Positions 1 to 12,262 of a DNA stretch of 41,522 nucleotides are shown in pieces. Position 1 is the stretch's first letter. Each line of letters starts with the position of its first letter. Both the position numbers and the translations under genes were made by a program. This DNA is from Octopus bimaculoides (Eukaryota), in the NCBI RefSeq assembly GCF_001194135.2, contig NC_068983.1, positions 138,310,491-138,352,012 on the forward strand. The letters are read 5' to 3'. The notes under the pieces were generated by a model, which was given only the letters and a program-made list of their open reading frames with translations, was not told the origin of the DNA and searched no databases.

Positions 1-33
<33 letters not shown>

Positions 34-1130
34 CGTAGTGAAAGGAATTAGTAGCAGGAATAGTTAGTGGATGCTTATGGACAATGGTAAGTGGAAGGTC
101 AGCGGGCGGTTTGTGTGTGTATGTGGGTGTGTGCGTGTGTGTGTGTATGTGTGTGGATGTTCGTGTGTGTGTGGGATTGTGAGTGTTAGGTACGGGTGTG
201 TGTGTGTGTATGCGCGTGTGTGTTTATGTGTGTCTGTATGTGTGTCTCCGTGTGCGTGTGTGCGCGCGTGTGTGTATATTATTTGTGCGTGCGTGTATGT
301 GTATATTGTGTATGTTTTCGTGCGTGCGTGTGTGTTGTGTATGTGAGTGAGTATTGTGTATGTGAGAGGTGTGTGTNNNNNNNNNNTGTTTTCGTGCGTG
401 CGTGTGTGTTGTGTATGTGAGTGAGTATTGTGTATGTGAGAGGTGTGTGTGCGTGTGTGCATGTGTGTATATGTGTATGTGTGTTGTGTATGTGTGTGTT
501 TGTGTTTGTGTATGAGAGGTGTGAGTGGGTGGGTGTATGTGTGTGTGCGTGCGTATGTGTGTGAGAGCGTAAGGATATGTGCCAGGTATGTGTGTTATTT
601 TGTGTGTGCACTCCTGTGTGTATGTGTGTGCATGTGTATGCGGCTGTGTATGTAGGCGTGCGCGTATATATGGGTGTGTGTGTGTGTGTCTGTGTGTGTA
701 TAGGGCTGTGTAAGGTGTGTGTGTATGTATGTGCGTTGGTCTATATGTGTGTGTGAGGGCGCGCATGTATGTTTGTCATGTGTGTGGGCGGTATATATGT
801 AAGGTGTGTGGGAGGTGTGTGTGTTAGGTGTATGGGAGGTATGTGAGGTATTTGTGACTGGGGGTATATATGGGTTATGTGTGCAAGGGTGTGTATGCTT
901 GGGTGTGTGTGTGTGTGTGTATGTTTGCGTGATTGTTAGCGTGTGTGTGTATGCGCAAGTGTGCGTGTGTATGTGCGTTTGTATAAGTGCGTGAGCGAGT
1001 CTGAGCGTGTAAGTGCATGCATATGTGTTGCGTGTGTGTGGTGTGTTGGGGGTAGGTGTGTGTATGGGTGCGTGTATTTTTTGTGTGTGGGTATGTGTGC
1101 GTGTAGGAAGGGTGAGATAAATTGTGGAAA
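1..1130. repeat. Degenerate (TG)n/TGTA-rich low-complexity tract
   Basis: Near-continuous TG/TGTA/TGCG repeats; the overlapping ORFs are CV/HT dipeptide artefacts. Confidence 0.95.
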
Positions 1131-1793
1131 ATTGTAGTGAATGTAATAACAAGAGAATAATGGATATAATGTAAAGTGGACGAGAGTGGGGGGGTAAAAA
1201 AATAAAAAATAAAAAATAAAGAAAAGTGTTGCATAGTCGTAAAGGAGAGAGTCATAAGGAGGAGGGGGCTGTGTTGAGTCCGAAGGGGAAAGATGAATTA
1301 AGGTTAAAAATATAGCGTTGTTCCAAGTGGAGTCGCGAGGGAGTGGACCCATGGTGCAGNNNNNNNNNNNNNNNNNNNNNNNNNNNNNNNNNNNNNNNNN
1401 NNNNNNNNNNNNNNNNNNNNNNNNNNNNNNNNNNNNNNNNNNNNNNNNNNNNNNNNNNNNNNNNNNNNNNNNNNNNNNNNNNNNNNNNNNNNNNNNNNNN
1501 NNNNNNNNNNNNNNNNNNNNNNNNNNNNNNNNNNNNNNNNNNNNNNNNNNNNNNNNNNNNNNNNNNNNNNNNNNNNNNNNNNNNNNNNNNNNNNNNNNNN
1601 NNNNNNNNNNNNNNNNNNNNNNNNNNNNNNNNNNNNNNNNNNNNNNNNNNNNNNNNNNNNNNNNNNNNNNNNNNNNNNNNNNNNNNNNNNNNNNNNNNNN
1701 NNNNNNNNNNNNNNNNNNNNNNNNNNNNNNNNNNNNNNNNNNNNNNNNNNNNNNNNNNNNNNNNNNNNNNNNNNNNNNNNNNNNNNNNNNNNN

Positions 1794-1807
1794 ATATATA
1801 TACACAC

Positions 1808-1869
<62 letters not shown>

Positions 1870-1870
1870 C
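1794..1870. repeat. (TA)n(CA)n microsatellite at gap edge
   Basis: Directly visible after the N-gap 1360-1793. Confidence 0.95.
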
Positions 1871-2824
1871 GAAATTTTGTACGACTCTTTATTCTTTCTA
1901 TTCTTTCATTCTTTCCTTGTTTCTATCAGCCCTGTCACAATTACTTCGTTCATTCCACTCTTTGTTCTTTCGTTCTCCTTCTCTCACATTTCCTGGCCTT
2001 CTCTTCATGCTCACTTTCCCTCCTCTTTCACTTCACACTGTCCCTTTCATTTTTTTCTCGCGCCTCCTTAATTTTTCTATTCCTCTGCCACTACCTCTCT
2101 CTCTTCTCTCCTCACGTGACCGGTGTTCGACCAATCAAACCTGACCTTTCTTTCTTGGTTCCACTACCATCCGTGCAACATCTATGTTTCTCCTTGTACC
2201 TGTCAAATCTCATGTCCTTGCCGTAAGGCTTTACTTCCACAGACGCCAGCTTAATTTAATTCGTCCTTAGTCGAAAGACACCTGTTGTTATGTCCTGTTA
2301 TTTGCATTTGTATTTGTGCAACATTTCTCTGTTTTTTTTCCCTCCTTGTTTTCGTATACATTCGCTGCTTTCTTACAAGGAATCTGATGCTCTTAGCTTA
2401 GTTTTTCCTTCGAACTGGCCAGATTGGAGCAATATCGAGTATAACCAGCCGAAATTGCAAAGATAATCTGGAACTCACCTGAAGAAAGAAAACTCCGAAT
2501 GATCCGTCCTTGTTTTCTTTGTATCGTCTGTCTACATGTTTTGTCGACCATTTTGGTATCACCTAACTGTCTGGATGTTTTGCGTTCTTGTCTCANNNNN
2601 NNNNNNNNNNNNNNNNNNNNNNNNNNNNNNNNNNNNNNNNNNNNNNNNNNNNNNNNNNNNNNNNNNNNNNNNNNNNNNNNNNNNNNNNNNNNNNNNNNNN
2701 NNNNNNNNNNNNNNNNNNNNNNNNNNNNNNNNNNNNNNNNNNNNNNNNNNNNNNNNNNNNNNNNNNNNNNNNNNNNNNNNNNNNNNNNNNNNNNNNNNNN
2801 NNNNNNNNNNNNNNNNNNNNTTAT

Positions 2825-3013
2825 TCAGTCTTGCTTCGGTCATTAGACTGCGGCCGTACTGGGACATTATCTTGGGGAATCTTTGTCGAACAAATTGACC
2901 CCAGTATTTATATTTTTTAACCTGGTCTCTTCTATTGGTCTCTTTGCCGATTTGCGAAGTTACGGGTACAGAAATACATCAACACCGATAGTCAAGAGCT
3001 GGTGGTGGGGCAA

Positions 3014-3051
<38 letters not shown>

Positions 3052-3110
3052 ATACACACACACACACACTCATACACACATACACTCATACACACACACA
3101 AGCACATACA
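2825..3110 (-). mobile_element. 3' half of microsatellite-containing tRNA-SINE (family C), diverged
   Basis: Matches the copies at 38156-38526 and 31466-31872 (cagtc..gactgcggcc..attgaccccagta..cttctattggtctctttgccga..aagttacggg..gtcaag..ggtgg), followed by (CA)n. Confidence 0.75.
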
Positions 3111-6100
3111 CATCAGTAAGCCGAAACTACATTGATTTGCAGGTTGAATTATTCCTATACTGTGCCCTCTTCTTAACAAATTAATTATCACCCGTTTCCT
3201 TCACATAGATTTAAGTAGCTGAAACTGTATAATCAAAATTTTCGTAGCCATGTTGTGAAGATATGTAACTCAGTTTAGAGAATTATTCTCCTCAAATCCT
3301 TAAAGCCAAAATATCCATTCATGGGAACAGGAAGTTTAAGAAATTTCAAAGAGGTGACAATATATCATGAATACTAGTTGATTATATTATTTCTTCTATT
3401 ATTGTGTAAGTAGTAACATAAGATTCTTATTGTTATCTATCATTATGTAACTTATGTTGCACTTTTCTCACACTCACAAGATTTCTAGAATTTCGCTTTT
3501 TGCTTAGCAATGGCATAGTCTCAGTTTACTTAATATTGCTACACAACTGGTGCTTATTTTATTGATTCCATTATTATGAAATGTAGGGAGACTTTATGGT
3601 TTGAACTCAGAATTCAAATAGGCAATAACAAGGTATTTTGCCTAGAGCTCACCTATTTCTTTTAGTTCGCCATCACATTCTGTATTGTTAAAACACCATT
3701 TGCCTAATATGAACTCAGCTCGTTCAATCGACATTCAAATCGTAATCATCACGTTTTCTTTTGTATCATATATTTTTAAAGATTAACACTGTATATTATT
3801 TTTCTGATAGCCTTCGATATTTGGCTCATTCACGCATTTTCAAGACAGCCTTGTATGCCAAGGTTCAGCAATTCCGTGGAGCATCTTTCCAGAGATCAAT
3901 AGAAAACTTCTCTACATAAACTTCAATAAACTGTGAAGTACGCATCATCAGAAATTGTACAGGTCACACTCTCACACCGCCTACACAACATTTATAGAGC
4001 AAGAAACATAAAGTGACAGACCATTTAGACATACGAGGTACATTATTTATAACTGTAGCAAACAAAAAACTCTTAATCTACGACACTGTATGAAAACTCG
4101 TCGCCAAACATCCAGACGCATATGAAACAAAAGTGAGGCCAGTTGAACAGCAATTCTCGGTTTCTCGACAACTTATACGTTTATGTTGTGGCAGCCTATA
4201 TACTGTTACTACAACAAAAAAGTTCTCACGAATAAGCACCCTGTTGTCTTGAAAATCGAAAACCGTATTCTTTACGGTAGTTCTTCATACTCAAAAAGAC
4301 AGGATGCTCATAACTGGAATGTCTTTTTGACCATAAGTTTGCTCAATGAAAGTTAACTTGGATTAATCAACAAGAAATGCATAGAATTACATCTCAGATA
4401 CTAAAGACTCTCCTACTTTTTCATGGGGTTTCCCGTACGATTCAGCATTATTTGTCGTTGCTAGTACTATAGGCCTCTGCTAAGTTGTGTCATGGTATAA
4501 CACGAATAACAGGTATGTGGAAAGCAGTTAGTCATTTAACTGATACTGTGTAACTGCTAGATAAGAGATTATATGGGGCGACACAGCAACAACTGCAAGA
4601 ACTTCAATATTGAATTTTACTTATGGATATAATGCAAGCACTGCAGATTGATGATTAACTACGGTTCAATTGAGTGTGCGAGACAGGCTTTCATTACTCC
4701 TTCAACCATTTTACCTCATTTGTTTTCTGTGATTTCGAGCTACAGCCAATACTTTTCTACTCACAACATAAAGACAAACTAATCGGTGGTGAACCAAAAC
4801 CTCATAAAGATATTTCAGATATTTTCATTTCATTTATTGAATTGATCATTTCTTACACCATGCAACACATATGACGGATATCTCTCATGAAATATGACAT
4901 ACAAAGGGCTATCCCTAATAACATGTTAGACTAAAACTCTGAAATTCGACACATATCATATTTCCCTCTTTTAGGTGAACAAAATATTGATAATAAATAA
5001 ACTCTCGATTTTATGTTCCTTAATGTAAGTTTTTACGTGCATACATCCAATCATCACTCAGAATTTTATTTTAATATATATCTGCATCGAACATAAACTA
5101 ATCGTTGCAATCAGTAATACATATTTTTTCCTTATTTCAATTCTCATTTGGCTTCAGCAAATTTACTATCGGATAATAATTAATACAAAAGAAATATTGA
5201 GCATCATTGTAAAAGGAATATCGCATACAAAATATATAGTAATGATAATTATAGTTTTCTAATTAATAAATTACGTGACTTCATATAGCTGTCATTAAGC
5301 AAATGAAAATAAACTATTATATAAATCTAATACAACAATATGAGTATAAGGTAACAAGAAAAATGTAATTATTTATTGCATAGGATTTCCATAATCCTCT
5401 ACCAAACTGTCATATTCATAAATACATTGTAATGATCATAACGAATTTTGTTTCCATTACGTTCCAGATAAATTAATAACATGTACAAAATTATACATAA
5501 TACAATATCACTGGCCACTATTTCATTTCCAATGATATACATTTTTTTTTATTTCTTTTCATAATATCACATTTTGCATTGTCTGATTGCCTGTCATTAA
5601 CATTCTATATCTTGCTTCATTCTACACTTAATGGAAATGGAAAGCTTTATATCTTATCTATTGTTGTTCCTTTTTTTAATTCGGGTAAATTACCGTTATC
5701 GTTCAACATTCAATTGCAATTTATTGTTATTCTATTTAAATAAGGATTTCATTTGAAATAATAATGATTTCCTTTCACAATAGTTTAGATAATACTGGGT
5801 GTTTCTTCAGATAGTTTCAATTCAAATTAGATTGTGTATTCATAAGAATGACGAAACCACGAGCTATGTAAAGATTTCTATGCTAATTGTAACAACATAT
5901 ATAATAGTGATTAAAGAAAAAGATTGAATACCGCAAATGTATACTTGTTTCTCTCATGTGAAAATTGTCAAACGTTAATAAATAAAATGTACACACATGC
6001 ACATATCCATATATGAATACGTACATATATACATACACACAAAACCAAGTAACAGACGCGTTACAAATACAATCTGCAAGCGGAACAATAGAAATACGCA

Positions 6101-6727
6101 AATCTTTTCTCTAGTTTAAAATGTGACTTTGTTTTTGTTATCTACATTCCAACGATGGTGCTTTGCAAGAAACCAGCTCTTCCTCGATAGTAAGATTTCA
6201 AAAACTTAAAAACAGGAAAGGACATAGATGTATGCAAGCATACACACATGTATGCATGCATACATACAGATTTTATAATACCGTTTTGCAATAGCACTAC
6301 CAATAACCAAGTTTTAGATATCAATATACTTACTAATATCATAGTATTAGTAAGGTCGAGCGGCGAGGAATATCATTTGCCTGACGTTCACCGCCTTGGG
6401 ATCATATTTTATCCAAAATGTGAATAGAGAGCGTAAAATCAATTAATAAACGAACGACTAAAAAACAGAACTTACCTAATCACATTCATTAATTAAAGAC
6501 ATTTTGATTACACAAAAATCTGTACTCAGAGTTGAGTAACAGTGTACCATGTTTTAGCTTTCGCGTAAACATTTCAGTACAATGTTTAATGACTATGAAA
6601 GTGTAACAAAGTATCATACCAGCAGACAGCTAGAAGACTAGAAAGAAGCTTAGTCAGAACATAAAACTTAAGTTGTTGTACCTACATTAAAAAGATATTG
6701 TGCTTATGTATATGAATGTGTTTGTAT

Positions 6728-6776
<49 letters not shown>

Positions 6777-7193
6777 TTGAACATAATTAACTAATAAAGG
6801 GATAGTGCTTTCAAGAGGGGTCATTTAACGACGTTTCGTTCATACATGTCTTTTAAGTATCCTGACAAACCAAGTTCCATATGTGCATATCAGTATGTAG
6901 AATTATATTTCGATTTGTAGTACTTATCTCTACTGGATACATAGAGATTATGTAGAAATATTCAGTGTGTGCTTACAGCTTATAATTTGTTAGATAAATC
7001 AATATTCATATATANNNNNNNNNNNNNNNNNNNNNNNNNNNNNNNNNNNNNNNNNNNNNNNNNNNNNNNNNNNNNNNNNNNNNNNNNNNNNNNNNNNNNN
7101 NNNNNNNNNNNNNNNNNNNNNNNNNNNNNNNNNNNNNNNNNNNNNNNNNNNNNNNNNNNNNNNNNNNNNNNNNNNNNNTACTGTTTGGTCTGC

Positions 7194-7328
7194 GGAGAGT
7201 CATTTTCTTTTTGTGCATTATAATTTAACACACACACCGGTAAAATTTCCACTTATTTCTTATTTTTATTTTCTTAAAATTTTACCGGTGAGTGTGTTAA
7301 ATTATAAGGCACAAAAATGACACTCTCC
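7194..7328. mobile_element. Short foldback/MITE-like element
   Basis: ggagagtcattt..tgtgcattataatttaacacacacaccggtaaaattt pairs with aaattttaccggtgagtgtgttaaattataaggcacaaaaatgacactctcc around a short AT-rich spacer. Confidence 0.8.
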
Positions 7329-7394
7329 AATCACAACAGAATATGCTTCAACACACAAACTCACATAAAGAATCTTGCAAACCAAATCCCCAAA

Positions 7395-7434
<40 letters not shown>

Positions 7435-7472
7435 ACACACACACACACACACACACATAAATAAACTTAGAC

Positions 7473-8294
7473 AAACTTGGATATGTTTCGACCAAGGATT
7501 GGTCCAGGCCATGTCTAAGTTAATAACACCACCTGAAAGTATTATCTAAATCCTTTTTAAGTCAAGTTTTGTAGTATCAAAATCAATATTTGCGATATAT
7601 ATCTGAAACGCAATGAAATCGACCATTTTTTGAATGAATCATCACTAGTGATGAAAAATGGATTGTCTACAATAACATCAATCGATAACGATCATGGTCC
7701 AAGGGTAATGAACCAACACAAGCTACATCGAAAGCTGAATTGCATCGAAAAACGTCATGCTGTGAATTTGGTGGAATTGCAAAGGTGTTGTGCATTTTGA
7801 GCTGCCTCCAAGGAACCAAACGATAAATTCTGATGTTTACTGTCAACAACTAATGAAAGTGGAGGAAGCAATCAAAGAAAAACGGCCAGAATTAGCAAAT
7901 CGTAATGGAATCGTGTTCCACCGTGACAACGCTAGAACACACACGTCTTTGCTAACTCATGAAAAATCATTAGAGATTAGTTGGGAAGTGATGTCACATT
8001 CATCATATAACCCTGACCTTGCATCATCAGATTGCCATTTATTTCGGAGCTTGTAAAATTCTGTGAATGGTAAAACATTCAATAATGATGATGACCTGAA
8101 ATTGCACTTACTTCAGGTTTTGACTGATAACGACCAGAAGTTCGATGAGTGAGGAATCGTGAAGTTACCAGAAAGATGACAAAAGGTCATCGAAGAAAAT
8201 GGAAAATATATAATTGATTAAAGTTCATTCTTTGCATGAAAAATGACTTTTATTTCACACTAAAAACCGACATTACTTTCTCGCTACCCCAATA
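7473..8294 (+). mobile_element. Degenerate mariner (DD34D) transposon, 3' two-thirds with right TIR
   Basis: Translates with frameshifts and stops to KLGYVS..INICDIYLKRNE..ITSDEKWIVYNN..IWWNCKGVVHFEL..INSDVYCQQL..FHRDNARTH..YNPDLASSDCHLFRSL..KVIEENGKYIID. There are 34 residues between the second and third D. A TIR-like aaaaaccgacattactttctcgctaccccaa plus TA lies at 8262-8294. Confidence 0.93.
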
Positions 8295-8463
8295 CATCAC
8301 AGCAAGAAACTCAAAAGCAGACTGCGATATCGAACTCCCTCTTTCACCAAAAGTCAATCACATAAGAGTGGCCATTGAAACGATTGAAAATATAACAATG
8401 GCGGTGCCTAGCATGGCCACGGCCTTTGGGCTGAAACACATAAAAATCTAAAAGAATATGTGC

Positions 8464-8499
<36 letters not shown>

Positions 8500-8716
8500 G
8501 CTTCGATGGGTAAATTGTCGCCTTGTCACCAGTATATATTTCTAATTTTGAGCATGCACATTGTTTGATTTTTTACTTTGTCGACTACACGTTATTATAA
8601 GGTCAGTTGGGCACTGTCTGAGAGAAAAACAGCACCATAACGCAAATCACTCTTCCAAAAATTTGGAAACTACATTCTGTACTGCCTGACATTCGCACTG
8701 GAAGCTCCAATACAAA

Positions 8717-9075
8717 CAGATGGTGAACACTCAGAACAACGGTTGGCTTGCCATGACCCCAAAATACTACTGAGAGTGATAAAAATCAAACATCCAGTCA
8801 ACAGCATGGTGTTTGGAGTGATCACTAGTGATGGCGACGCTATGCTTGCATTCCTACACGGCCTCAGATTCAACACTGGAGGCTTACATCAAATGCCTAG
8901 GGGAGGTAGTATTGCCCTGGGTCAAGAGGGTGGCTGCTGGAAGACTCTATGTCTGGCAACAGGACTCTGCACCATACCAGATAAGCAGGAGAACCCGGTC
9001 ATGGCTGTCAGAAAATTTCTGCGGTTACATCACCCCTAACATCTGGCCACCTAACTCTGCAAACTGCAACTCACA
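8717..9075 (+). mobile_element. Tc1/mariner DD37D (maT-like) transposase fragment
   Basis: QMVNTQNNGWLAM..IKHPVNSMVFGVITSDGD..EAYIKCLGEVVLPWVKRVAAGRLYVWQQDSAPYQISRRTRSWLSENF..NIWPPNSANCN. It is frameshifted and breaks off where a D spaced 37 residues from the second D would fall. Confidence 0.85.
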
Positions 9076-9198
9076 TTTTATATTCTAGACAAAAGTTGGA
9101 TATATAATTTAAGGAAGCGGAGGTAAAATCAATGTGTTCACACGACGTACTTCGCGAGTCTCCAAAACGCTCTATTAATGACTCCTATCGATCTCCTG

Positions 9199-9199
<1 letters not shown>

Positions 9200-9273
<74 letters not shown>

Positions 9274-9275
9274 AT
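9200..9275. repeat. (TC)n(TCTA)n compound microsatellite
   Basis: Directly visible. Confidence 0.95.
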
Positions 9276-9937
9276 TTCTATCTGTCCATCTCCATTGACT
9301 TGGAATCTCACCCCTAAAAGCAAAAACAATGTTCTCTTCTAAACAAAACCCCGCAAAAACATCTTTTTATATAAATGAACAAGCTGTTTGTACATTCATA
9401 AAATTGTATTTGACAAGTTCTAGAGAGGAATGAAAGCGCTAATAATAATAATAATGATGAAAAATTAAAAAGATTTTTTCCCAAAATTCTGACGACTTTT
9501 TTCTCAACATATATATATATATATATCTTCGAAACGCCGGTGTTAAAACGGGGGTAGCTGATGAAGGAAAATGTTCTCTATGTGGCTTGTGTGTTTTCTG
9601 TACGCTGGTTGTTTCTATTTTCTTGTCTACGTTTTGTTTGCAATGTCCTGTAGCCAGATATGCACCTATATATACAGGAAGACGTAGGTATGCACATACC
9701 TGTACGTATATATGCATATACTCATTTATTATTTGTTTTTATATATATATATATATATNNNNNNNNNNNNNNNNNNNNNNNNNNNNNNNNNNNNNNNNNN
9801 NNNNNNNNNNNNNNNNNNNNNNNNNNNNNNNNNNNNNNNNNNNNNNNNNNNNNNNNNNNNNNNNNNNNNNNNNNNNNNNNNNNNNNNNNNNNNNNNNNNN
9901 NNNNNNNNNNNNNNNNNNNNNNNNNNNNNNNNNNNNN

Positions 9938-9962
9938 AAGAGCGTAGCTCGAAACGTCAAAG
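9938..9962 (+). ncRNA. Partial minimal type I hammerhead ribozyme motif
   Basis: AA-GAGC-GTA-GCTC-GAA-ACGT-C-AAAG. The 5' core and the 5' strand of stem I fall in the N-gap. Confidence 0.5.
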
Positions 9963-10050
9963 ACTTTCCGTATTCCCGAGCGTCATACTAATATATACTT
10001 TTGTTATTTACACCACCTGTCCTCGTCTGTTGTTATTTTTTGTATATTCT
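9938..10050 (+). mobile_element. Copy 1 of short hammerhead-bearing dispersed repeat (5' part in gap)
   Basis: Matches the reverse complements of 16630-16790 and 21780-21930 (gctcgaaacgt.aaagact..ttcccgagcgtca.actaata..acctgtc.tcgtc). Confidence 0.8.
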
Positions 10051-10051
10051 C

Positions 10052-10114
<63 letters not shown>

Positions 10115-12029
10115 TGTATGTATGTATGTATTTATGTATTTATACAGACATTAGGATTTGCAGATACCTAAATCCTCAAAATACAAAAGAATAGGTCAGA
10201 TGAATTACAGTGCCGGAATTATTGTTCACGGAATCGCATTCTACAGTGTCTGGTTCTAAGTTGGAACAACATACTGCTATCACTGCAGTATGCAAAAGAA
10301 GCAGTGTACATTAAACTAATGTCTAGCTGCTCTCTAGTTGAGAATTTAATTTTTTATGAGAATAATACGAGAATAATTGACTTACAACTTACTGACACCT
10401 TAGCTTTTTAAGATATTCAATTTATTTTCCGCGAGCGTTTACTTTTCTAAAATGTACTACAGTTAGCAGACTACATTAGTACATATTGGCGATCACGTAT
10501 TAGCTGATTGTCATACTACGTTTTCAGAAAGGAAAAGTACATTTCCTCTTAAAAGCAGGAAGATATAAAATACTGAAACTTGATGAATGAAAATTAAAGA
10601 TAAAATAAAATACCAATGTCGAAAAAACTAAACAGCTATTTTCTAATTTCAAGAAAGTGTGGTTGCAGACGTAATGTTAGTATGAGAGAGAATTCCATTG
10701 GTGAATATTCAATGGGAAAATAAAGGATTCAAATAGAAATTTTATTTAATTTAAACTAGTCATTATAATATAAAAGGAATAAAAGTAACTAAAACACTAT
10801 CAAACCACACTCGCCTCCATAAATAAATCTTCCTCGACTCATATACAACCGTATTTAACCGAGAAGGGTACATGGGAGATGCAATGCTTAATGACAAACC
10901 GGATATTTAAAGCTATATCGAATTTTATCAAATAGGAGTGACCTGAAGCAAAACAGTAATCAGCCAGACAAGGGATACATAAATGCCTTGTTTGAGGACA
11001 CCAATTAAATAATATGTTAAAATATTTCCTTGATAAATCTCTGTATCTAATGATTAATTAAAACAGCTGACCTCTCATTGTCAATGATTATTCTAACTAT
11101 TCTAACAATTGCAGACATTTTTCATAAAATTGTATTGCACTTGAAGCAAATTTTAACTTATATACAGCACAAGAAATATAAATTCTGTAGGAAACGTGAA
11201 TATCCTGAAGTTAGCTCCAGTACTTGAATGATACTTATTTTGTTGCCCAAGCCAAAACACATGAGGATCTCCTCAATGCAAAGTGTTTCATTGCCCAGAA
11301 CGTAGTGGAATAAGCCTAAGATACTAAAAATGATTTAATTCAAAATTCTAGCTACTCTCACGTCCTCATTATTTTGGATGTATTAGCAAAATTAATTTTC
11401 AAGCACAAGAACAAGCGCACACATTGTAGGAATGAGTACAACTGAATATATCGACTCCAGTATGTTACTGGCACTTATTTCATCGACAACAAGTAAAAGT
11501 AATCAAACACTGAGCATTTTATCGGTTGCTCTATCGTTCACATTCACAGCAATGATAATGAAATGTAACTGCTTCAGTAAATTAAACAGTGAAATCGATA
11601 TAAATCTAGTATGCAAAGTCCATACATGAATATATAATGATGCATTTAATTTTGCGATATCAAAGTTGTATCAAAGTGAAGAGTTAAACGTTAGCTGCAT
11701 GAAGCTAAGTGCTATTTCTGCAAATTAGCTAAGTGCTCGAAATGTCTACTTGATGTGCCAAATTAATTAAACCATAAACAGTGTATAGGTAGGTAACTGG
11801 CCAAGTAATTATAAATTCCCAAAGATAATTACGTATATTTCATTAATCAAGAACTAAAGTAGATATACCTACACCCATACATACAGCAAACAGACACACG
11901 TGGACATAAAAGCACACCCACATATACATACATACACACACATATACATATACAAATATGTACACGTAAATAATGATAATGTAAAAGTACATATATACAC
12001 ACTCGATTACACACTCATGTATATAAATA

Positions 12030-12074
<45 letters not shown>

Positions 12075-12214
12075 CAAATGGGTGTGTGTGCATGTGTGTG
12101 TCTGTGTCTGTGTATATGTATGCATATGAATGTGTTAAAAAAGTGCCCAGTTCTTTTTTAGTATCTTAGTCCCTGTCTTCTCTCTCTTTATGTCTGTACA
12201 CACACACACGCACG

Positions 12215-12262
<48 letters not shown>

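Noticed and set aside
2478-2515. CTGAAGAAAGAAAACTCCGAATGATCCGTC, hammerhead-like spacing
   Set aside because: GAAA is broken (GAAT), stem II is mismatched and stem I does not pair. At most a relic.
3200-6950. Possible host exons in AT-rich unique sequence
   Set aside because: No recognisable protein motif or convincing spliced frame could be built by eye. RNA-seq would be needed.
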